DNA of 63,170 bases, filler included, from Kipferlia bialata (Eukaryota): the NCBI GenBank assembly GCA_003568945.1. It is 7 parts of 7 records of this genome, joined end to end, with 100 filler letters (N's around TTAATTAATTAA, not from the genome) between each part and the next. Parts side by side here need not be neighbours in the genome. Positions count along the whole stretch, not along the records: positions 43,374 to 53,224 come from BDIP01001544.1; positions 53,325 to 63,170 come from BDIP01001545.1; 5 more parts are not named here. One strand, 5' to 3'. Shown piece after piece: positions 52,446 through 63,170 of the stretch. The notes under the pieces are model-generated. The model searched no databases and was not told the DNA's origin. It saw only the letters and a program-made list of their open reading frames with translations. Every line of letters begins with the position of its first letter. The first letter of the stretch is position 1. Made by a program: the position numbers and the translations under genes.

Positions 52446-52742
52446 TCGGAGTCCTCCGGGAGCCGGAATAGCATGAAAGAAGCATAGTTGTCACCAACTC
52501 CTATCAACTGTGACCAACGGTAAAGGGTGCAGGATCAATTAGAAACTTAATAATGGAATTTAAGGACAATAGTTTAGAATTTAGCTGAAATCATTTGGAA
52601 TTTGCCCTTCCGTCTACTCATAGAAGCAGTGCACACCCACCCAGCCTGTAGTGCGTCACGAGCACTCCTAACACTCCGCATACATCCAGAGGGAGGGAAG
52701 AAGAGGAAGAGAGAGTCCCTGAGTCCCTAGAGTCCCTAGAGT

Positions 52743-53069
52743 ATGGCAGGGAACAGACGTCCCTCCATCGCCCACACCCCCCACCCCAACCACCCGTCTG
52801 ACACACCGTCTGATGGGGTGAGGGTGTATGTGCGTGTGCGGCCTGGCCTCAACGGGGAGGTGACGTGTGTGGAGGGGCACGAGGACATGGAGTCGGTGGT
52901 GGTGACCAATATCGAGAAGGGGGAGGGGGAGAGTGAGGGTACGAAGAAGAAGGGGAAGAGAGGGAAGAAAGGGAAGAACATCCACGCCATCACCTGCAAC
53001 GTGGGTGTGTATGACCCCAGACAGTTCCAGTTCGATGATGTGTTTGGACCCACAGCTACGCAGAAGCAG
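52743..53069 (+). CDS. Kinesin motor domain, first exon (rest beyond contig end)
   Basis: GVRVYVRVRP and RQFQFDDVFGPTATQKQ are canonical N-terminal kinesin motor motifs. Donor GT at 53070. Confidence 0.9.
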
Positions 53070-53170
53070 GTGTATTCTATATATACTATAGTCCATGCAT
53101 CCTGCCCAGTTTTGATATATGACACAGCCAAGGCCATGTGTTTACATGTGTGCTCTACCCCTTCTGTATC

Positions 53171-53216
<46 letters not shown>

Positions 53217-53224
53217 ACCTCTCC

Positions 53225-53324
53225 NNNNNNNNNNNNNNNNNNNNNNNNNNNNNNNNNNNNNNNNNNNNTTAATTAATTAANNNNNNNNNNNNNNNNNNNN
53301 NNNNNNNNNNNNNNNNNNNNNNNN
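53225..53324. other. Artificial contig linker
   Basis: N44-TTAATTAATTAA-N44. Confidence 0.99.
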
Positions 53325-53325
53325 T

Positions 53326-53550
53326 ATGGCCCCTGTCAACCAGGGACCCATAGCACCTGCAGTGTATGCACAGGTATATATAGATATGTATATATATATG
53401 TGTATATGTATATGTATATGGTATCTATATATGTATGGCCCCAGTCAACCAGGGACCCATAGCACCTGCAGTGTATGCACAGGTATGGGTATATGTGTGC
53501 TACAAGTCTACTGATACACGTTGATGCCACTGCAGTGTCTCACCCCCCCC

Positions 53551-53587
<37 letters not shown>

Positions 53588-53754
53588 GTGTGTTATAGAC
53601 TCACCCCCAGTTCAACGCCCCCAACCCCGCCCCTGCCCCTGTTGCCCCCCCTGTCTACACCTCATATGCCCCCTCTGCCCCTGCCATGCCCTACCAGCCA
53701 TACACACAGCAGGAGGGGCCATACACACAGCAGCATGAGGGGCCATACAACTAG
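53326..53754 (+). CDS. 3' end of a gene with a Pro/Tyr/Gln-rich C-terminus
   Basis: MAPVNQGPIAPAVYAQ|gt ... ctcacccccag|FNAPNPAPAPVAPPVYTSYAPSAPAMPYQPYTQQEGPYTQQHEGPYN*. Confidence 0.65.
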
Positions 53755-54076
53755 GGAGAGATAGAGAGAGAGAGAGGGAGAATGAGTAAGAGTGTGTGAC
53801 ACACTGGGTGTGTTTGTGTGTTTGAATAGTGTAATATCAGCCGAGTTATCATAATAGTGTATCATAGTGTGCTTTTGATTATGGTTTCTGTGTGATCAGT
53901 GTGAGAGTGAATATATCGCATTGGTCAGTCATTTGTGGTGGGAATCTCAACCAGATATTGATGTTCATCAAAGATGGGACCAATGCAGCAGTGTTCCATA
54001 GTCATATATTCCTCACTAGAGACACACAGTATGGTCTCAAGTCAACGATGAAATACACAGACAGTATGCAAGGACA

Positions 54077-57000
54077 CTAATAGTACCCGCGTCTCCTGTC
54101 TCTTTCTCTTCTCTCTTCCCTCCGTCTCTCAACCTCAGTGGCTCGTGCGTGTCCCTCAAGGTATCTGGTATCCGCTAGTAGTAAGTATAGGGGGGTTAAT
54201 TCGCAGTGAGACAGGCAGGCTGTCCCTATATACTCCCCAAAGCGGAAGTGTTAAGAGACCCAACAACATATATATACAATGGCTTGTATGTGGTAACGGA
54301 TATAGACAAGGGCACCAGCACCCACTCACCCCTAGCCAATGCCTCGTCTGCGTCCCATAATAATAATAATAATAATACAATAATATAATAATAATATAAT
54401 AATAAGCATCACCTCTACCCCTTGCCTCGTCTGCATCCCACCTAGGCAGGGTGAGGGAGGTGTCTCCAAAGAGCAGCTGGGTGTGAGACGATACAGACAC
54501 ATAGTCTACATACACTGTATGTCATAGAGACACTTCTATGTTGAGTGGGCAGGATGAGGGAGGTATCCCCAAACAAGAGCTGAGTGTACACATAGCCAGA
54601 TCAGTATACATAGTTTGTTGTTCACTTAGCAACACTGTACCTCACTGTTCAGGGTCACTATCCCATAGGTGGGGGATTCAGCATGATAATCGTCGTTCTC
54701 TGGAGTTATACTTATCGCAAAGAACATGACAACAACGAGCGAATACATATACATATTCGGGATGTATCTGCTAATTGCCACGGTGTTTCGAATAGCGTGT
54801 AACGACGTACTGTGGGGAGTGAATGCGACTAGTACGGACACCGAGTCGTCAGAGACGGAGTAGAGAGTGACATGGGGTTCTCTGAACATGTGATCAGAGA
54901 GAATCATAGCGATAGGTATACATATATAGTATAGATGTAAACGCAATGAGTAAAAGACGGAATACTAGAGTGCATCCCATCACCTTTCCTCCATGTCCAC
55001 AAACTCTCTCTCACTTCTCAACCACGACCGGCGCTCCTCTCTCTCTCTCTTGCTGCGCTTCGGGAAGAGATGCCCTATCCTGTACCACTCACCAGACGCA
55101 CAGTCATACAGACAGGCCTGGGTTAATACACGCAGAGAGAAGACATTGACGAGTGTAAAATGCAAAGATACACTCTCATACTCCCTGACACATAGTCAAG
55201 CAGGCTACAGGTCCAGAATACAATATGAGTAATATGATATATACATGTCTATACACCACACCTCTTTGGGCACACTTCCAAGGGCCAAGATCTTCTGCCC
55301 TGGTAGCTGGAAGTCAGTGGGTGGGGTATGAAGTATGTCTATACTATCAATGCAACTCGTCCCGTACCCCCACCAAGTCTCCCTCAGGTCTCAGCATCGA
55401 CCCATGGACCACTTCATCAGTCCACTTGCACCCTGTCTCACCCCCATTACCATAGATGAGGGCCATGGTGATGTGGTGATGCTCCGCCCTGAGATGAGTG
55501 ACTCTTGATAACTAGTATATCAATACGAAGGGGTTGACATTCAATAATGCAGTCACCTCGCAGTCCTGGGTTGGTACCCGTATCTTCTGTTCTCCCCAGT
55601 GACCCTGGCTCTCTCGGCCTCTCTCTCTCTCTCCTCAGGAGTCAAGGGGATCTGGTAGGTGTGGAATATGTGCAAGGTATCGTCTACCACAGCATGGCTG
55701 ACGGTGAGATCATGGTAAACAGAACTATTACATATAAACAATACTACTGATGTAGTAGTAGTTATGGACAGAGAGCGTGGCTGGCAGTGATTAGACATTC
55801 ACTATACAACAAAAGATTCTCTCCCACTAGCATCATTACTCAGATAAGTATCAAACCAATACCACACCTGTTGCAGCCTGTTCCCACTTGGATGTGTGCT
55901 GGAGTGTCAGGGAGGGGGGTCCACATGCTGTGGTGAGGATGATTTAGAGAATGATGATCCGACATCATAAGATTGCTCTTTTGCTGATAGGGAGGTGGTC
56001 TGTATCCCAAGTACCTAGTCTCTGGATCGTAGAGTGACACCGCAGAGGAAGGTGTGTCCTCAGGTGGCAGAGGGGGAGCATTATCCCTGAGTGAAAGATG
56101 AACAGGAACATACACCAACTGCTACCCCAACACACATTATCGAGAGACATACTCAATATGTAGGATTACTAGTACAACTACTCATACCTAGTTGTGTCAT
56201 TCACCTTGGGCTTGGTATAGCCGCCTAGCAACACAAGCTGAGAGTCAGAGAGCAAACTCTTGCTAGATACTATCACACACCCTATTAAACCGTGGACACG
56301 TACCTTCCCCTCCAGACAGCATGTGATGGGGGCATGAGCGGGAGGCGGCCAGAAGGACTGGTACTGAGGATGTACATCACACACCCTCAACCACTCCCTT
56401 CTCCTCTGGGCAATCTCTCTCTCCCTCTCGAAAACACCAGGGGCCAAACGCGCATATCCGTCCACACCTTTATCATCCCTAAGTAACATGTCAAGGAAGA
56501 TACTCAACTTGGCACGGACGCACGCTATTCTGGCCGATGTAGCTAATGCCTCGTCCTTGTGACACTCGCAGTCAAAGTGACTCATATCATCGGGCACTGG
56601 GTCCTCTGTCCCACCCTCCTCTTCCAGCCTCTTGACCAAGGTCTCAAGGCAGGAGAGAAGCGGCACAACACGGTCTCGATTCTGAATCTGGGGTCATATA
56701 CGGTGACTTCACTCAGGAATGACACTAACCAGTGACAATGGGATAGACCATATATAATGAGTTGCTGTTAGTCATAGTGAGCACATGGGAGAGTACCATC
56801 AAAATAGAAGTCTCTATACAAGTATACTAATCATGCTAACCATAAAGGAGTATTCCTTTACGTGACGGTTCCTGTCTCCCTCTCTGGATCTCAACTCATC
56901 AGGGGTTGGAAGGTCGATCTCTCCCTCACTGCGTCGCCTCTCAACCTCAGCCAGCAGTGTTGTCCTCTGCATGTCAGGCAGAGTGTATACAGACAAGTAA

Positions 57001-58530
57001 TTAGGGATACTAGGAAGTAGTATGTAATTCACGCTCAAATATACCTTGTTCCTGATGGTCCAGTCTTCAGTTGGTATGTCGTACTCAAACAGATAACTCT
57101 GCTCCCTGGAGATGCCTACATAGAGGACCTTGTCCAGCACTCGGCACACACAGAGATTGCCTGGACATGAGAGAGTTACTACATATATACTATTAGAGGG
57201 CCACACATCGGTTGTAAGGGGACATATCTATTACTATCTCGACAAAATCCACACAAATACCTATATTCATACTTGAGCTTCTATGACGCCATACCATCTG
57301 AGCCTAGCCTGAATGGGAATTGGTGAAGCACGCGTCCTCCCATACGCCTAGTATGTCTAGTATGGCGGTATGGGAGGTGTGGCCTCTCTGTGTCTGGGTC
57401 ATCTGTCTCTGGGTCCGTGTCCCTCTTGACAATGCGTCTATACCATGCCTGAGGGGTGAGCACTGGCAATCAATTATCTATTCTGAGAATATATACAGTA
57501 AAGGGCGCAGCCTATCACATAATCTGGTACCCTGTGGTCCCAATTGTACTCCAACGTCTCGTGCAGCGTGTACTTCTCCTGAGAGGTCAGTAGCAGATGT
57601 AGTATCACTAATTGTATCTTCAAATATATGAGAGAGAGCGTGTGTGTACAGAATACTCAGTATGACAATTTTCACCATCATACCTCACCATAGCCTCAGG
57701 CGACAAATGTGGATGTCTGTGGATGAACAGAGATATATGTGTGTGGAGGTGTAGTTACCTGGGATCTCTGACCACGGCCTACCCGAACACCGGTGTCACC
57801 TGTGTCCATCTGGAGTCAGAGATAGGTACATTCATATGATTATGTACTGATTAGATACATGATCTTACCAGCATATACAACATACTGCAGAGGGGGGACA
57901 TATCCATCAGGACTAGGGGGGAGGGGGGGAGGCACCAACCTGACACACCATGACACCCTTGTGACCTATGTTAGTCACTGCCATGGGCTTGGGATCGTTC
58001 CGTTCACTGATGTTAGAATGCAATGGAATACAATGAATACCAACCGTAATCATACCAGTCATAGACCGAGGTAAAGAGAATACAAAGCATATATGCTTGT
58101 GCATAGTGTATACTTGGCCACATACTATCGGAGCCAACTATCGGTTGAGTGAACGCCTTTCAACTCTCTGTAACCAATGAGGGGTGGGATACTGCGTCTC
58201 GGGAGAGGAGGTCGACGTGTTGCCTATTGGCATTAGGATGAAGTGGTTCAAGACAGGTGAAGCAGAGACAGAAAGATACATGATGGGGGGGGGTAGAGTC
58301 CGAGAGAAGAGGTATATCAAGATTCACACATACATATATATGTGAATATATATAGAGATACACCTGCATACACAAATGCATATATCAAGCCACAACATCG
58401 TACCACCCGGTGGCGCCGAACAAAGAACCAGGAGCATAGAGCGAGCAGCTTCAACCTCCTCTCTATCCTGTGCTGGAGGGAGAGGGCCCGTCTGCCTGCC
58501 TTCAAGGCATCAAAGGCACTGAGATGAGCT
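54077..58530 (-). CDS. Kelch-like repeat protein, paralog A of a tandem pair (start probably upstream, near 59100)
   Basis: Exons include AHLSAFDALKAG...VRRHRV|ATRRPPLPRRSIPPLIGYREL, EKYTLHETLEYNWDHR, NLCVCRVLDKVLYVGISREQSYLFEYDIPTEDW, FWPPPAHAPITCCLEGK|LVLLGGY, SLYDPETR, HAVVDDTLHIF, LYDCASGEWY and LLFGDTSLTLPRWDADEARGR|ADTRYLE...RRRGYY*. Confidence 0.7.
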
Positions 58531-59357
58531 ATGTACCAATATACATGCATATATATATGAGGGGGAGAGAGATAGTGCAAGAGAGAGAGACTGCCCTGGG
58601 CATCGAAGGCACTGAGATGATTTTGTACCACAAGTGGTATCAGCATTAGGGAGGGGGGGGGGGTGCAAGATGGAGCCATGTTGAAATCAGAGTATAGCAA
58701 CACTTGACCTGAGGGCATCAAAGGCACGGAGGTGTGCTGAATATCTGCTATATACATATAGTATACCACTATCCATCACTATGGATGTCAAGTATACAAG
58801 AGGTGAGAGAAAGACCACATATATGCATTGTGAAAGTGTCCTGAGTCCATAAACATAGAAGATTCCACTCAGACACTGGCGAGCGAGGACACCTCGCCGA
58901 GGGGTGGAGAAAGGTATGGGTAGAGTGATGACAGATAGTGTATGTATACGTGTGTGTGTAGGGAGGTTGGGGTGGGGGAAGGGGGGCACTCCTCGAACAC
59001 ATTGCACTATATACATATATATATACATTGTGTGTACAACATGCACCATTAGTGTGCACTGACTGCATCATATCATATCATACCAGACCCACCTGCTCAT
59101 TGCCACCAGAGGCAGTTAATAGGTGCTCTGGATTCTAACTGGCAGTGAATAGGTGCATCTGTCTTTTTGGTTTCGTACGTCAACCCTTTCTCTTTACCAA
59201 AAACACTTTCGCAAGCCTGGTCTATTTGTCATCATAATAGACGAAAATCATCGTCTATTTCTATGGGCACGACTACATCCAAACACTCTGGGACACAGTC
59301 TGGCACAATTATTATCAATGACCGTAAGTGATGTGTGTAGACTTTCTAGCGGAATAG

Positions 59358-62300
59358 TCAATATGCATATTGGCGGTATCGTCTGTCCCGCAGTCGTGCT
59401 TGCCTCCTGGTCTCATCAGCTCTCTCCTTAGCTGTATGTCAGAACAGAGCGATACAGGGAAGGCAGTATATTCCACAACATACACACACCTCTCTCCATT
59501 GCCTCGTCTGCATCAACAACATATACATACATATATATATATATATACAATGACTTGCATGAAGTAACTGACATGGAATAGGACACTAGACAAGCACTCA
59601 CCCCTTGCCAATGCCTCGTCTGCGTCCCATCTGGGCATGTGGAGTAAGGTATCGCCAAACAGGATCTGAGGGGGTGAGACGACATTAACACATTGCCTAG
59701 AAAACAACTGAGATGTGATGGTAGTGTACCCACCTCACTATTGAGTGTGACCACACCGTGTGATGGTTTGTCTCGGTGGTACGCATCACTCCCTGAATTA
59801 ATTAAATAATATTTATTTAATTAAGTAAATAAATTATTAAGTCAGTACAAGGGCAGAGAGAGACAATACGACTGGTAATGTACTCTCCTAGTAGTTGGTA
59901 CAGCAGCTACCTTCATGACGAGACTTGTCATCTATACTACGTACCGTCATGAACGAAAGTCACTAGGACAGACACGTAATCCTCTCCAATGAAGTAGATG
60001 GACATAGTGAGTACAGCAGCACTGAACCTGGAGGTGAGAGCCATTGTCCACTGGAGAATGAAAGACACATGTTGTCTCAAAGATAGCTGCGGCCTTGCCA
60101 AATCCCCCACCTTGAGTCAACACTCCTCCCGTCTAACGAACCGGAATCTAGGTACCAAAGAAGAGACTCCTCCTCCCTCTCACTTGGGTGAGGGAAGAGA
60201 TGCCCTATCATGTACCACTCACCGGAGACACAGTCATACAGACAGGCCTGGGTGTCAGCATGGGTACGTATATTCTTATCTCTCCATACCGACGACCGAA
60301 GTAACGGCTAACACAGCCCAACACCTCAGAACCCCATGCACATAGAAATAGTAGTATGGGTCGGTGTGCTTGGTACTATGTCTCCTCTCTCAAAGAAGTG
60401 ATATGCATGAAACAGTGTACACATTGAGACTGGGTCTGTACCTCCTTGGCGATATCCCCTAATGCAAAGATCTTGTGTCCAGGAAGCTGACAGTCAGCCA
60501 CGAACATGTGCAACTATTAAACAACGAAATGATACACTGATAACGTACCCCAACAAATGCTCCCTTTGGCAGGTAGTTGCAGTCGTCTACCACATCATTA
60601 GTCCACTTACACACTGTCTGTCCCTCTGTATATACCAGAGACAGGGTGACGTGGTGGGGCTCCAGCCTGCCACGTCAGTCGTCGTGACAGTGTGAGAGAG
60701 TACAATCTACACAATCTAAGCGTCCAGAGCGTACTTTGTGGTCTTGGGCGAGTCCCACATTGAAATATCCTCTTCACTCAGTCTATCTCTCTCAGCTTCT
60801 AGTGCCGCTTCATTAGGGGTCAGAGGGACCCAGCACCTTTGGAATATGTGTAATGTGTCATCTACCACCGCATGCCTATTAGTGAGAGTGATAAGTGACG
60901 TGTAAGGTATTATGGCTATCCTTACCCAAGACTGCCGTAACCGACTTCAATCCCAGCGGGAATGTCTGGAAGGGGGTACCAACAGCTAGAGATCAGAAAG
61001 AGTCAAAATCCACTCCACAAGGTGTCAATTGAAACACATATACGCTCCACCTTGTACCTTGTGTCCGGGTCATATAGTGACACAGAACGGGAGGAGTACT
61101 CATCTCCAGTCGCCTCGTCTCTAGTATATCCCCCGAGAATGACAAGCTGTTTGTAAGGACATAAGAAACACACTTTAGAAATGGGTTTAGCAGGAGACCA
61201 CAAGCATCAGGCAGTATCACCATGAAGTGGTCAGATACCTTCCCATCCAAACAGCATGTACGGGGGGCGTGGGCGGGTGGAGGCCAGAACACATGATACT
61301 TCGGCTCAGGGCCATCGCAGGCCTTCAACCACTCATGTACAAACTCCCCCCTCTCCCTTTCTTTCTCCAGCACTCCAGGACGAAGGATACTAATACTCTC
61401 TTCCCCACATCGTGCCCTGAGGTTGTCGAGGTTAAGCATAACCTTGCAACGGATGCAGGCTACTCTAACTGCAGTAGGCACTGAGTCATCTTTGTAATGC
61501 ACACAGAACATATGCTCTTCTTCATCAAGGAGTGGCATCTCTTTCCCCCCTTCCTTCTTCAGCTTGTCTAGCAATGCCTTCAGGGACACAAGCAGGTTCA
61601 GTACTCTGTTACGTTGCTTGATCTGGTAAATTAGTAATGTATATATTCAGTATATGGTATATACAGGTGATGCACTGGTACAATTGATCAGCAGACAACT
61701 AACCCGCATGGTATACGCGTCAAGGTGGTAGGTCCTGGAACTCCTTAGGCGTTCCCACTGCAGGGGGGTTAGGAGGTCAATCTCTCCACCCCTCCTCCTG
61801 ACCTCTGCCTCCTTCTGTATAGACATCATCTATCGTGAGGTAGGTCCTATACTAATGCAACTGTTATATTACAGGACAAAGTATATATCTTACAATGAGG
61901 TAAAGCAACCCCTCTCCATATACCTCATCCCTTCCGACCCACTCATCCGTTGGTATGTCATACTCAAAGAGGTAACTCTGTCTCGCGTCCTTAGACAGCC
62001 CTACATAGAGGACCTTGTCCTGCACACGGCACACACAGAGATGTCCTAGTCTGTGAGATACATATATATATACTATATTATATATATGTACACATACAGT
62101 GGGAGGAACCACCCAAAAGACCTACCATCTGCCCCTCGTCCTACTGTCTCCCTCCCATTGGGTATATGGGACTCAGGGTCTGTGAGGGTCTCTGTTAAGA
62201 CAGTGGTCCAGTACTGTGGTAAAGACATGATATCATGTAAATGAGAAATCTACAGTGTATCTGGTTATACAGGACTCACCCTGTCGCCCCAGTTGTAGTG

Positions 62301-63035
62301 CAGAGTCTCCTCTAGAACATACTTCTCCTGCGAAATCAGTTGAACTAACAATGAGGTACCAACTCAAAGAATACAAAAGAAACAGTATTGTATATAGTAC
62401 ATATAAGATATACGGATATAGAGGAGGGGAAAGGCTACTTCGTCCACCCACCTGCCACGGCTCTGTCCGTCCATGAAACAGCTGTGACTGGTTGTTAGAA
62501 AGGGAAGATGGCGATATAGTCGACATCAATGCCTGCCTCTTCAATCATCAATGAATAGACATCATTCAGAGACAACTAGACACTCGACACCCACAAGAGA
62601 AGGAGTATGTGCACATGTATCCTTAGATATACACATCGATATCTATCTGTATATACAATATAGGTGTCAATATATATATACTATATTAAGGCAAGAGGAG
62701 GCACCTGGCATATCATGACCCGTCTCTCACCGATACTGACACTAGTCATATATGTGGGATCCTTAAGTCTCCTGGAGGTAAGGTGCGTATGATTCACTAT
62801 CAGAGACACATTGATCGGTTTAGTGATAGATACCTGTTCCTCTCAGCATATGACCGATACCCTACTCAGAATAGTACACATGTGTTTAAGTATATTCATA
62901 GATCTAAGGATAGATACCATATATAGATACCTGTTCCTCTCAGCATATTGCAGGTGTCGACGTAGCTCACGATACGCAACTAGAGGGGGAATATCAGTGA
63001 CCATGATAGGACGTGAACGTGTTGCCTGGAGTGAG
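59358..63035 (-). CDS. Kelch-like repeat protein, paralog B of the tandem pair (5' end probably beyond contig)
   Basis: Exon-by-exon homologous to A: ATRSRPIMVTDIPPLVAYREL, EKYVLEETLHYNWGDR, HLCVCRVQDKVLYVGLSKDARQSYLFEYDIPTDEW, FWPPPAHAPRTCCLDGK|LVILGGY, SLYDPDTR, LYDCVSGEWY and ILFGDTLLHMPRWDADEALAR|AKERADE...RQYAY*. Confidence 0.7.
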
Positions 63036-63170
63036 ATGTTGAGTGCGGAATGCTGTCTGGAGTGATGGAGCATTAAGTAAAACAGGAGGAGAATGTATGA
63101 CAGGGGAGGGGTGGGGGAGAGAGAGAGTCATAAGAGGGGGGGGGGGGGGGGGAAAAACCCAAAACCCGAA

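Noticed and set aside
9889..53324. Recurrent TTAATTAATTAA flanked by Ns
   Set aside because: Artificial concatenation linker with six-frame stops, not biological.
1..63170. tRNA, rRNA, transposase or reverse transcriptase genes
   Set aside because: None was recognisable by eye. A covariance-model or HMM scan would be needed to exclude them.

Overview
This is eukaryotic, very intron-rich DNA, not prokaryotic. The window joins seven unrelated contigs with artificial 100-nt linkers (N44-TTAATTAATTAA-N44): 1-9888, 9989-19869, 19970-29840, 29941-33308, 33409-43273, 43374-53224 and 53325-63170. The splice signals (GT donors; CT[CGA]AC branch motif a few nt before the 3' AG), (GA)n-coded Glu/Arg tracts and divergent kelch-like families suggest a free-living fornicate such as Kipferlia. 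That attribution is an inference. The six-frame ORF track is mostly uninformative, so genes were rebuilt by manual splicing. They include a modular LRR/coiled-coil protein, a divergent dynein heavy chain tail, two ionotropic glutamate receptor-like channels, several kelch-like proteins (one tandem pair), a type I membrane protein, a kinesin N-terminus and hypothetical genes. The main unexplained signal is 'exon echoes'. Introns contain stacked partial copies of the neighbouring exon ends, complete with splice sites. These copies differ from the intact exon mostly at synonymous positions, and in one paralog pair the echoes appear swapped between the two genes.
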